A DNA stretch of 44,092 nucleotides, taken from a virus (lineage: Duplodnaviria; Caudoviricetes). The notes beneath the pieces were generated by a model. The model did no database searches. It saw only the letters and a list, made by a program, of their open reading frames with translations, and was not told the origin of the DNA. Position numbers and translations under genes: made by a program. The stretch's first letter is position 1. The number at the start of each line of letters is the position of its first letter. The DNA lies in the IMG/VR virus record IMGVR_UViG_3300032130_000003, positions 1 to 44,092 of that record; one strand, written 5' to 3'. This document shows, piece after piece, positions 19,901 to 28,085 of this stretch.

Positions 19901-22900
19901 AATTGTAACCTTTTGTGAATCTCCACCACTAACGTAAGTATGTACTATTCCGCTTTTATAAGTTGGAATTATAAATGTATCTGTAGTAGGAACATCATAA
20001 ATTTGGAATACGCCTGAAGATGTGTCTGAGTCTGGATATAATTTTGTTCCAAACTGACAACTCATTGTAACGTTGCCAATTTTAACAAAGTCAAGTTTAC
20101 CGTATCCGTGTGCTGATGCTGTAGTAACTGTAATTAATCCAGTTGTATTATCGTAAACAAAACCTGTAATACCAAAACTACCACCAACGCTTGTTAATGC
20201 AACTAATTCACTTGTACCACCACTAACATAAGTCTGTTCAACTGCACTAGGTGGTAAAAAGAAACCTAATCTATCAGCATCTGGTTTTGTAGTTACGCTA
20301 TATATTCCTGCGTCTGTTGGTTGTGGATAAATCTTAACACCATGAACACAAGATATTTTAATACTAAACAAATCACAAGTATTAGCCGCCACAAGTCCGT
20401 GTGCTGAATCACAAGTAACTGTAGCAATACCTGAAACATTATCATAAACAAAATTTGTAATGTTTACTCTACTTGGACCACTAACAACACCGCCACTAAC
20501 GTAAGTATGTACAATAGCACTTGTACCTATGTCAATTTCAAATGCATCTGCTGTTAGCCCTGATGCTAAAACTGTAACAGTTGTTGAAGGTGTAACGTGT
20601 GGATATGTTTTAGTACCTAATGAACAAGTTGTTAAAATATTTCTTATTTGAATTAAGTCATCTATTGCTCGACCATTTGCTACCGCTGTAATTTCAGTTT
20701 GTACACCTAAAATTGGTGTTGCTTGTACAGTTGAAACTTCATATCGTGCTCTACCAATCGATCCACCGTGATCAATTTCAATTTCACTTTTTGCGTGTGG
20801 AAGATATTCAACATCACGAACAAAAATCTTTAAACTATCAAGTGGATGATCGTATGTAGAACCGTCATCATAGATTCTAGCAGTTTGTACAAAGTTATCA
20901 GTTGTAGTAATTAAATCTGGTTGTTCATTTGGATCTGATCCCGATGCTACAAGTCCGTATGTACCATACGAGTTAGAACCGTTTAATGATCTAATATCAC
21001 CGCCGTTATTAGCATAGTAGGCCGCTTCTGTATAATATGTAAATTGTGAAACAAGTTCTGCCATTGCACCATTATTACAAATGGTACCATAACCTAAATC
21101 GTTAAGTTGTACAAAGTCATTAGCCAACATACTTCTGTTACCAGAAGTTTGTAAAATAATATCAGTTGGCATTGGTTGTGTAAACCCGCCGTTACTAATA
21201 CCCGATGTTGGATTTAAAAGAAGTTTTGCTGTACCTGCCTCTTTATCATATTGTGTAACAGCATCAACTTGATATCTAATACCGTCGATGTAAAAAGGAC
21301 ATGGTACTTGTGGTTTCTTTAATCGTAAACCTTGTCCAACTAAACTTTGTACGTTTAGTGTAAAGTTGTCGTCTTTGCTGTTAACTACTGTAGTAATGTT
21401 TCCAGCAAATCCGTCAATATATAGTCCACCCCTAAATGCTTTTTTGTTTATACTTTTTGAAAAACTTGAGTTAGTTTGACCATAAGGTGATTTAGTTAAA
21501 ATTGCACCATCTGGATCAAGAACACCCATAAATCCACCGTGTCCTTCACAAGTTATATTTCTTAAAATAGTAGCATCATTTAATAAGAAGACATCCATTT
21601 CTTCATTTTCTTTTGCTGTACTATCTTTATCTGTTTTATCAGTTAAGTAATGGTAACCATAACTTGGATCATCATAGTCTGGCAATCCAGTAAGACCATT
21701 TTCAATAACATCTTTTAAGAAATCTATTAACGTATTAACTTTAGTTTGAGCTACTGCTTCACCTTGTGTTGAATCTAATACTTGTGTTGTAACTGATTGT
21801 GCTGATGTCCAAGTTGCATTAGTTAAAACAAACCCAAGAATTTCTTTCATCTTAGCGTATGCGGCCGCAGTTTGAACTTGTGCCCCTGGAACTATTGTAG
21901 TATTTTCGTCAAAGTATTTGTCAGCATTAAAGTGAGTCTTTGAATTACCACCCCATTTTATATCAAATAGTATTCCATCAAGGACATAGCCCATGTCTCT
22001 TTCACATTTTTGATTATCGCTTGATGTGTGAAAACCTGGGTAAGTTGCGTTAAACCATGCAATAACTTCGTCTTTAATATATTCTTTGTTTAATCTTATT
22101 AACTCAGTTGCATTAGGATTTAATTCAGTTTGTACTGCAATATCATCAAATACAGGGTCTCTATAAAAGTGTAATTGTTTCCACGCACTTTCAGATACGC
22201 CTGGTTTAGGTTTAATAATACAACGTCTAAATTCATCACCTTTAATTGAAACATTGTTGCTAACTTTAATTGGAAAATGTTCCCAGTATGTTCCACTTTC
22301 TATATGAATTGTAATTTCTGGATCGCTAACTTTATAACCAAATTCTAATGCTTCAGCTATTTCAAAACCTTTTGGTTCTAATAATTCTAATTCAATTGTA
22401 TCAACTTCTGCACCGTCTGTATATTTTACAATTCGCCCAATTGTTCCGGAGGTTTTACCTCTTATAATTTTACCTGGAATAAGATCGTTGTTTAGTGGGT
22501 TAGCTTGATCAGTATATCCTTGTCCACCGTTTGTAATAGTAATTTCCCAAGTACTACCTTCAACAAGTTGTGGTGCGTCTTTATAATCAGGACCTGTAAT
22601 AAGTGCTATAATGATATCCCATTTTGCACCTACTGATACTTGTCCTGCAGAGTTAACAACTTGACCTACATCAATAACCTGTGTGTACGTGCTTTGATAT
22701 AAAGTTGTTTCAGCTGTGTTTGTAATAACTTTGTTATGTAAATTTTTAGCAAACTGGTTTGCCGCAAGAGTTTGTACAGATTGTGTCTGTCTTGCTCTTT
22801 GTCCACTTACACTACTATAAAATCTGTAACCAGTGTTAATAGCATGATAGTTAGCTGTTATACCATCTAGTAAATCTAAAACAATTCCGTCTAGGGTATA

Positions 22901-25063
22901 ACCCATATCTCTTTCACATAAGTCTCTTAAGTATACGTGTTCTGGATATGTGTCGTTAATATAAGCAACAGTTTCTGCAATAATAAAGTTTCTATTTGCA
23001 TCTGTTAATATTTTTATTTCTTCGTAACCACTACTAGTTTTTACACCAGATGTTGCTACTGTTGATATATTATTTCCAGCATTATAAGTAATGTCTTGTA
23101 TATAAGGCCCAATTCCAATTGGTGCTGTATCAATTATTTCTTCAGCTTTAAGTGCCGCCGCGTGTAAAGATTTGTATGCATAGTTTTGTGCCCGACCTTC
23201 ACTGCCAACTGGTACACCTCGCATAGTATCGTCACCATCTGAACTAACATATAAATTCTGTTGTGATGCGTGTGCGGAATTATCAACATAATATTTTGAT
23301 GCTGATTGTAATACATCTGGATTAGAAGCAGGTATAAGTGTTGGTGCCGCAGATGGTCCTGTTTGTACAATACCATTTATAATAGCAACTAGTTCTGTTA
23401 CCCTGTCGCCTGATCCTGTTTCACCATCATTTGCAATTGTTTTTTGTGAAGTAATTGTTTGAACACTTGAATATGCAGTATTCGTTAAAATAAAGTCTTT
23501 AAAAATATCTCGTAATTTATTATTAATTGCTACAGCATAAACTGTTTCACCTTCGCCTAGTTGTGAACTAGCACCATCCCAATAAAGTTTAGCTACTCTA
23601 ATTGATTCTGAATTGCCACCAAATTTTATATCGTGTGCAATTGCATCAATATTAAATTTTGTATCTCTTTCACATTTTGTATGACGGTCGCCTTGACTAT
23701 TTGTTATCGCTCCAGCAGTAGCACTTACAAATGTATGTACTGATGTGTCACTTGATGTACCAACATTTACAGTAATTGTTGTTAAACTTACTGCTTGAAT
23801 TGTAACTTGTGCATTGTAGGCTGGATCAGATCCACCTGCTCTTGGATAGGTATGTTGTGTAGCATTACTATCTAAAGCACAAGTAAATGTTAAGCTATCT
23901 GTAGCAATATAAATTTTATTACCAATTTGATATTGGTGTGCCCCAATAGTTAATTCTAGTACTCCTGTTGCTGGTGTAAAGTTTGCGGCTGATACATCAT
24001 GAACGGCGTCATGAGCGCCTGGATAAGTTGCATCAAACCAACCCATTACTTCGTCAGCTACATATTCTTTATTAATTGTTATAAGGTTATATGCATATGG
24101 CGATTGTGGAGTAGCACCTGCATGAGCACCTGGATGATCATGTAAGTATAATGCTCCAGTCATCGAATCTCCGTCGCGTCTTACAACAGATTTTCTTGGA
24201 AGTGCTTCTGAAGAAATCCAGTTACCAGCTAGTACACTATCGTATGCGGCATCAAACATTGTTTGTGTGCCGGTTCCACCTGATGCAACAATTTTTACTC
24301 TTGTGCTATCATCATTATTTTGTGCTTCAGCTTCTGATGGGTGAAGACTTACTTGGTCTACTGTAACAAATCTTAAGTAGTATGTTGTTCCTGAAGCTAA
24401 TCCTGTAGCGTCATTTCCTGTTGAATTATATTTGTATGCAATACCATTTGAACTTACTTCAAATCCGTGTGCAGTAGCAACAACATTACCAGCGGAAAAT
24501 GATTCAATAGTAAATGTATATGAATTAGCACTTCCAGGTTCTGTTCTTGCTCTAATTTGTCCTGAGCTTCCTGGCCCACCTGCTGATCGTAGATATCTAC
24601 TATCACTATATCCTCGTGTAATAACTAAATCGTCTAAGGTAAATGATGTACCGTGTGCTACATTTAAAGCAGTTACGGCCGCTGAAGAAATATTTGGGTT
24701 AGCAATAGCTTGGTTAGCCGCATTTAATGGGCCACCTAAACTTGGAGTAATATCTGTACTAATAATTGTACCAGTATTACTAATTTTAATTTCTTCTGAA
24801 TCTAATGAATCAACTGTAATCCCTTGTCCGCCAACAATACTTTTCATTAGTATTTCGTCGCCAGCGGCGTTTGATTGTGGAACTTTGTATGATCCTAGTT
24901 GATCAGGAACGTCACTTAATGATCTAAAAGATATTTGTCCGCCTTGTCCAAAGACAGCATAAAGTTCTGTAAAGTTTTCATTTGCTTTACGAAACGACTC
25001 TCTTATACTATCACCAGTACCGTCGTTACCTTCTACACCAATGTTAACACTTTGTTTAGCCAT
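16958..25063 (-). CDS. giant (2701 aa) baseplate/tail-fibre protein: gp9/gp10-like N-terminus, three C-E-R-D helical domains, pectin-lyase-like beta-helix, beta-rich repeats, C-terminal intramolecular-chaperone-like domain
   Basis: NIGVEGNDGTGDSIRESF; CERD x3; SGTYWEHFPIKV...GDEFR; HTYVSGG repeats; ADLAENY...PGTVV...GTVIGKALE C-terminus. Confidence 0.85.
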   Translation of the reverse strand: MAKQSVNIGVEGNDGTGDSIRESFRKANENFTELYAVFGQGGQISFRSLSDVPDQLGSYKVPQSNAAGDEILMKSIVGGQGITVDSLDSEEIKISNTGTIISTDITPSLGGPLNAANQAIANPNISSAAVTALNVAHGTSFTLDDLVITRGYSDSRYLRSAGGPGSSGQIRARTEPGSANSYTFTIESFSAGNVVATAHGFEVSSNGIAYKYNSTGNDATGLASGTTYYLRFVTVDQVSLHPSEAEAQNNDDSTRVKIVASGGTGTQTMFDAAYDSVLAGNWISSEALPRKSVVRRDGDSMTGALYLHDHPGAHAGATPQSPYAYNLITINKEYVADEVMGWFDATYPGAHDAVHDVSAANFTPATGVLELTIGAHQYQIGNKIYIATDSLTFTCALDSNATQHTYPRAGGSDPAYNAQVTIQAVSLTTITVNVGTSSDTSVHTFVSATAGAITNSQGDRHTKCERDTKFNIDAIAHDIKFGGNSESIRVAKLYWDGASSQLGEGETVYAVAINNKLRDIFKDFILTNTAYSSVQTITSQKTIANDGETGSGDRVTELVAIINGIVQTGPSAAPTLIPASNPDVLQSASKYYVDNSAHASQQNLYVSSDGDDTMRGVPVGSEGRAQNYAYKSLHAAALKAEEIIDTAPIGIGPYIQDITYNAGNNISTVATSGVKTSSGYEEIKILTDANRNFIIAETVAYINDTYPEHVYLRDLCERDMGYTLDGIVLDLLDGITANYHAINTGYRFYSSVSGQRARQTQSVQTLAANQFAKNLHNKVITNTAETTLYQSTYTQVIDVGQVVNSAGQVSVGAKWDIIIALITGPDYKDAPQLVEGSTWEITITNGGQGYTDQANPLNNDLIPGKIIRGKTSGTIGRIVKYTDGAEVDTIELELLEPKGFEIAEALEFGYKVSDPEITIHIESGTYWEHFPIKVSNNVSIKGDEFRRCIIKPKPGVSESAWKQLHFYRDPVFDDIAVQTELNPNATELIRLNKEYIKDEVIAWFNATYPGFHTSSDNQKCERDMGYVLDGILFDIKWGGNSKTHFNADKYFDENTTIVPGAQVQTAAAYAKMKEILGFVLTNATWTSAQSVTTQVLDSTQGEAVAQTKVNTLIDFLKDVIENGLTGLPDYDDPSYGYHYLTDKTDKDSTAKENEEMDVFLLNDATILRNITCEGHGGFMGVLDPDGAILTKSPYGQTNSSFSKSINKKAFRGGLYIDGFAGNITTVVNSKDDNFTLNVQSLVGQGLRLKKPQVPCPFYIDGIRYQVDAVTQYDKEAGTAKLLLNPTSGISNGGFTQPMPTDIILQTSGNRSMLANDFVQLNDLGYGTICNNGAMAELVSQFTYYTEAAYYANNGGDIRSLNGSNSYGTYGLVASGSDPNEQPDLITTTDNFVQTARIYDDGSTYDHPLDSLKIFVRDVEYLPHAKSEIEIDHGGSIGRARYEVSTVQATPILGVQTEITAVANGRAIDDLIQIRNILTTCSLGTKTYPHVTPSTTVTVLASGLTADAFEIDIGTSAIVHTYVSGGVVSGPSRVNITNFVYDNVSGIATVTCDSAHGLVAANTCDLFSIKISCVHGVKIYPQPTDAGIYSVTTKPDADRLGFFLPPSAVEQTYVSGGTSELVALTSVGGSFGITGFVYDNTTGLITVTTASAHGYGKLDFVKIGNVTMSCQFGTKLYPDSDTSSGVFQIYDVPTTDTFIIPTYKSGIVHTYVSGGDSQKVTIGTSATASITDFTFKNSVRDEAVYQLNLATTGQDNTTKSGLLDTLAHDQKVIIRNNLNFRVSGVDTTITRPSTAITFDEDVDTTYRTINYGVTDSIGGALPAVDRIVTFDSTYQYIKLIVDNGNAALTTFAGAGTTMGGTAGDVVIAVGIVTSQKQIDRINAGDMIFAWDGKTHIINSYIERTGYATIQISDLQDSDLNLPLTSAGLVSTVINAVTIVTLRCGLQKTEGGHITINISTCRATGHDFLDIGTGGFNTTNFPNVTLGAPAQSADQEKEVDERDKGRVFYVSTDQDGFFRVGRFFTVDQGTGTVTFSASIALSNLDGLGFKRGVVASEFSADDGMTDNASDSVPTESAVRGYVNRRLGFNHAGVGIGTQIGPGVLARSGILAFTGDQNAGGTFTVTNLRDPSDNQDAATKSYVDGLIAAGDTIPELLDVETNTIAANQLLVTTGKYRIYTAPAAGGNFQVNDTITGSGTSATGTVLDVENVSINGIAHNLLTYTKTSTPNFSIADVADTGGGVTAQVKQGPYDEYALAVEDAATDVTVNVERTLTGATIDFRLVADRIVNADVKSDADIAQSKLDLNAATTRVDATGITQADLGVASFDSDSFTATDGWVELTTAGLNFNKIINLADKVALGYHDATYEPYGATPGTGPAGPIKEVAYSDIVLGGGGVIGDVTTTGEALHIVQTDASGNVACQGLKVDTYLIVDTTGTTVNLSTPGGAIFMSSVGASTPTVSMVGSLNIGATGVTEGSFQLNSALAGESRLGVDWIHSSFIEAPGELDANSTGISIGANTGFTAAGQVAIIADGATVLKATATGFIPELDDTYIIGSATKKYNTIYATTFSGTATQAKYADLAENYTADAVYEPGTVVIFGGDEEVSVTKVRGDNRVAGIVSENPAYLMNSNQEGTNVTPIALQGRIKVKVVGMVRKGQMLVTSSTEGFASASTNPEIGTVIGKALEDKNSGDEGIIEIVVGRV
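19926..20640 (-). repeat. tandem ~90-100 aa beta-rich repeats (FVYDN..G...HG...C..G.K.YP...TYVSGG)
   Basis: Three copies in translation; exact 20-mer ccactaacgtaagtatgtac at 19926 and 20493. Confidence 0.8.
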
Positions 25064-25066
25064 CGT

Positions 25067-25390
25067 TTAAAATCCTACGGATTCACCACATCCGCAACTA
25101 TTTTTTGTTGCTGGATTAGTGATATCAAAAAATGATCCAAATAATTCTTCTTTATAATTAATTGTTGAACCCATTAAGTACATTTGACTTAATGAGTCAA
25201 TTGCAAATTTACCTTTTTTCAAGTTAATTACTTCGTCTTTATCTTCTACAGCATCTGACATAGTCCAGTCATATTGCATTCCTGCACATCCGCCACCCTT
25301 CATAGATAGGCGTACAACTGGTTTATTCTTAGCGGCCAGCATATAATTCATCTGGTCTATTGCTGATTCTGTCAATGTTACTATTGCCAT
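25067..25390 (-). CDS. iscA: A-type iron-sulfur cluster carrier (IscA/HesB family)
   Basis: GGGCAG and CGCGES motifs; start at ATG 25390 after AAGGA SD. Confidence 0.92.
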   Translation of the reverse strand: MAIVTLTESAIDQMNYMLAAKNKPVVRLSMKGGGCAGMQYDWTMSDAVEDKDEVINLKKGKFAIDSLSQMYLMGSTINYKEELFGSFFDITNPATKNSCGCGESVGF

Positions 25391-25410
25391 ATTAGTTCCT
25401 TTGTTAATTG

Positions 25411-25452
25411 TATTTATCAATATGTCTAAAATCCTAATGTAATTTATAAATA
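25411..25452. promoter_or_regulatory. divergent pair of T4-like late promoter boxes
   Basis: GATAAATA on - (25411-25418) facing iscA; TATAAATA on + (25445-25452) 5 nt before ATG 25458. Confidence 0.65.
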
Positions 25453-25457
25453 GCTAT

Positions 25458-25745
25458 ATGTTTATAAGGACAGAACAGACTGTACAGTACTTTATGCGTA
25501 AGGGCGTAAAAGGCGAGCACCACCCTTATAAACGTAATAAGACGTTAGTTTATTTTAAATGTGATAATTGTAGTGAAGAATTTGTACGGGATAAAGGTCG
25601 TATAGACCCTAAAAGACTGTGCGACGATTATTCGCACGTATGCCCCAAGTGTGATCCTAAAAGATTCGCTCAAAAACGAGGGGTTGAACAACGAAAAAGA
25701 TTAAATTTGCGGGTTGACAGTATGATCGACATTACAAAATTATAA
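25458..25745 (+). CDS. small basic zinc-finger-like protein
   Basis: CDNC...HVCPKC; perfect TATAAATA directly upstream. Confidence 0.7.
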   Translation: MFIRTEQTVQYFMRKGVKGEHHPYKRNKTLVYFKCDNCSEEFVRDKGRIDPKRLCDDYSHVCPKCDPKRFAQKRGVEQRKRLNLRVDSMIDITKL

Positions 25746-25773
25746 TGTCGACCAAACTATCGATAATTTAAGT

Positions 25774-25938
25774 TTATTCGGATTTCCAAATATTGTAAAC
25801 GCCCCAAGCAAGTGCTCCCCAGATTAATACTTTGGTTAGCGGCATAATGCCTAGGATAACAATTAACGCCGCACCACCGATTATAATTCCGTTCCATGAT
25901 GTGCGTTCTTCTATTCTTCCTTTGATCCATTCAAACAT
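25774..25938 (-). CDS. small two-TM membrane protein (54 aa)
   Basis: Manual translation MFEWIKGRIEERTSWNGIIIGGAALIVILGIMPLTKVLIWGALAWGVYNIWKSE; AAGGAG SD. Confidence 0.8.
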   Translation of the reverse strand: MFEWIKGRIEERTSWNGIIIGGAALIVILGIMPLTKVLIWGALAWGVYNIWKSE

Positions 25939-25948
25939 AATTTACTCC

Positions 25949-26227
25949 TTACAATGCTTTGTGCAATTGACTTATTAACTTAGATTTAACAAGTCTACGG
26001 TCTAGCTCAATACCATGCTCTCTTCCTAACTCTTCCAATTGTATCTTGGTCATTTTAGTAAGTTGAGCTTTAGTATGAGATTTCACTTTCTTCTTTACAG
26101 TCTTCACCGTAGGAGCCGCGAAGGTTTTATTAGACCAGTGTGAAACGTGGTCTGATAATTTGGTATCGCAACATTCTGGCTCTTTATGAATGTTTCCTGT
26201 AAAGATGTCTCTAAGCCATTTGAACAT
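25949..26227 (-). CDS. small protein with C-terminal HeH/Rho-N-like helix pair
   Basis: LTKMTKIQLEELGREHGIELDRRLVKSKLI; GGGGAG SD; TAAATA at 26262-26267. Confidence 0.65.
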   Translation of the reverse strand: MFKWLRDIFTGNIHKEPECCDTKLSDHVSHWSNKTFAAPTVKTVKKKVKSHTKAQLTKMTKIQLEELGREHGIELDRRLVKSKLISQLHKAL

Positions 26228-26281
26228 AGGTAGTCTCCCCTAGTTTAATAAGTCTGTAATATATTTAGTTGTTTTGTAGTC

Positions 26282-26485
26282 TTAGGTTGTAATATTGACG
26301 TTTTTGCCCTTGCCCTTAGGGTCACAAAAAGGTGGTATTAGAGTTTTTTCCCTTAATCTGCTCTGTTTAAGGCCTGTTTCTGCTACTGATTCTACGGGTT
26401 TAATCTTATCTGTGGATAAAGTTCCAGCAATTCTCATAACGTTTGTCATGAATCTTCCTATGCCATATGATCGATTAATTTTCAT
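26282..26485 (-). CDS. hypothetical protein (67 aa)
   Basis: ATG 26485 coupled (ATGA) to the upstream stop; ends KGKNVNITT. Confidence 0.55.
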   Translation of the reverse strand: MKINRSYGIGRFMTNVMRIAGTLSTDKIKPVESVAETGLKQSRLREKTLIPPFCDPKGKGKNVNITT

Positions 26486-26661
26486 TTTAAGTGTTCTTTT
26501 TGTCGCTCTCGTTCTGCTACGCACCATTCGTCATCTGGATTAAACATACAATCAAGTACTTTACCAATTCCGCCTAATGTAGGTTTTGCTTGTGTTCCAT
26601 TACTCCCACATTCTGATAGTACCATTAGTAATAATACAAGAATTATTATATTTTTTATCAT
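26482..26661 (-). CDS. putative small lipoprotein/exported protein (59 aa)
   Basis: Manual translation MIKNIIILVLLLMVLSECGSNGTQAKPTLGGIGKVLDCMFNPDDEWCVAEQERQKEHLK; starts 3 nt after the glucosaminidase stop. Confidence 0.65.
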   Translation of the reverse strand: MIKNIIILVLLLMVLSECGSNGTQAKPTLGGIGKVLDCMFNPDDEWCVAERERQKEHLK

Positions 26662-26664
26662 ATA

Positions 26665-27330
26665 TTAGTTTGCAGTTATCACCTTTAATTTGTTTACAGT
26701 TGCTTTTAACAATGTAGTATAATTTGGATTTGTAGAAAATAAAGTTAATGTATCAATTAATTTCTCATAATTATATATCCCTGCTATAACCATTTCTTCT
26801 CGTAATTCTCTAAAATCTTTGTATGCAGGATGACTATTTAATAAGTCAACATAGTCTTGGATTGATTGACATTTTGTTTTATATACTTTAACACCCCATA
26901 CTGCTTTTGGATTGTCTTTAGGTTTTATTTGCGGAAGTTTGGGATCCCAAGTTCTAACACCAAATAAGGCATTCCCTTCAATTGCAAATCTGCTTGTACC
27001 CCAACCTGATTCTAACCCTGCTTGGGCTTCTATAAGTAAAGATGGAATACGTAAACTGTGGGGGGTTGTAAAGTTAATATAATTAACGCATTTTCGTACA
27101 GCTAAAATAAAACTTTGTTGATCAGTATAAACAAATTCTGGTTCGTGTAATCCTAGTTTAACTGCTATTTTAGATTGTTCAAGTTCAACACGTTCTGTTA
27201 TTTTATCAATAATATATATATTTGGCTTAAACGTTCCAAAGCCAAAAGCTCCCACGCCAAATAATATGATTAATATTATACCAATAAAAATTCTAAATTT
27301 TTTATTATCTTTTAATTTCATCCTCTTCAT
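26665..27330 (-). CDS. GH73 glucosaminidase (Bax-like) with N-terminal membrane anchor
   Basis: AQAGLESGWGTSRFAIEGNALFG, LNSHPAY, FSTNPNY; basic N-terminus plus TM helix. Confidence 0.85.
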   Translation of the reverse strand: MKRMKLKDNKKFRIFIGIILIILFGVGAFGFGTFKPNIYIIDKITERVELEQSKIAVKLGLHEPEFVYTDQQSFILAVRKCVNYINFTTPHSLRIPSLLIEAQAGLESGWGTSRFAIEGNALFGVRTWDPKLPQIKPKDNPKAVWGVKVYKTKCQSIQDYVDLLNSHPAYKDFRELREEMVIAGIYNYEKLIDTLTLFSTNPNYTTLLKATVNKLKVITAN

Positions 27331-27338
27331 ACTATATT

Positions 27339-27367
27339 ACTATAGCATTTTTTGGTCACGTTGTCAA
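27339..27367 (-). promoter_or_regulatory. sigma70-type promoter with extended -10
   Basis: TTGACA-17 nt-TATAGT preceded by TGc, 8 nt before ATG 27330. Confidence 0.75.
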
Positions 27368-27373
27368 TCAAAT

Positions 27374-28075
27374 TTAATACCAATTATTAGCACACCATGG
27401 ATCTATAGAGTCTTTTGGATTTGGATCACCATGAAATACAGCAATACACGTTTCACGCAATATATTTGGTGTACCTGGAGTAGCAAAATTCCGTTTTCCT
27501 GTTACTCTAGACATTTCGGGTTTACCACGCATTTCCCATTTATAGCTTTGGATCCATTCATCAGGCCAATAACAAAAATCCGATTTAACATTTGCATATA
27601 ACCAATCTTGGTCTCCATGATATCTAGCCGCATGATATTTTGGATCTTGCATAAAGCGTTCATAAACTTGACTATGTTGTCCTGTTTCAAATCGTACAAT
27701 ACTTGAATTCATTCGATCCCAATTTGATTGTACACATCTATTAAAGTCACGTATAACACAAAATTGACCAGGATTATAAGTAAACAACTTATCCATGTTT
27801 TTAAAAACAATTACATCTAGATCAATATAAAGAATAGTTCCTTTTACTCCTAATTTAGGATTAAAGAACATTGGTTTGTACCACCAACCTTTAACATCTG
27901 GAATTGGCGGTAATGGATGGATTTCTATACCAGGTTTTATACCTGCGGCATTTTCGGTAAAGACAGCAAAGTTAAAAGGTATAGTTAAATTTCGTGAAAC
28001 CATATTATGCAAAATATTAACATATTCTGCACTATATTTGTCGCCATGTTTTAAGCATACAACATAATTTGCCAC
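27374..28075 (-). CDS. GT-A fold glycosyltransferase-like protein
   Basis: LYIDLDV (DxD), NSSIV, GDQDWL, FHGDPNP; GGAGAGG SD before GTG. Confidence 0.75.
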   Translation of the reverse strand: MANYVVCLKHGDKYSAEYVNILHNMVSRNLTIPFNFAVFTENAAGIKPGIEIHPLPPIPDVKGWWYKPMFFNPKLGVKGTILYIDLDVIVFKNMDKLFTYNPGQFCVIRDFNRCVQSNWDRMNSSIVRFETGQHSQVYERFMQDPKYHAARYHGDQDWLYANVKSDFCYWPDEWIQSYKWEMRGKPEMSRVTGKRNFATPGTPNILRETCIAVFHGDPNPKDSIDPWCANNWY

Positions 28076-28085
28076 TCACCTCTCC

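Noticed and set aside
1334-25135. Many + strand ORFs (60-156 aa) antisense to the structural genes
   Set aside because: They are shadows of the biased codon usage on the coding strand; no SD, promoter or recognisable motifs.
25391-25420. ORF-track N-terminal extension of IscA (also of MazG 1453-1482, 26486-26527 and 43570-43629)
   Set aside because: Better SD-led or coupled ATGs lie downstream, and the extensions overlap promoter boxes or neighbouring genes.
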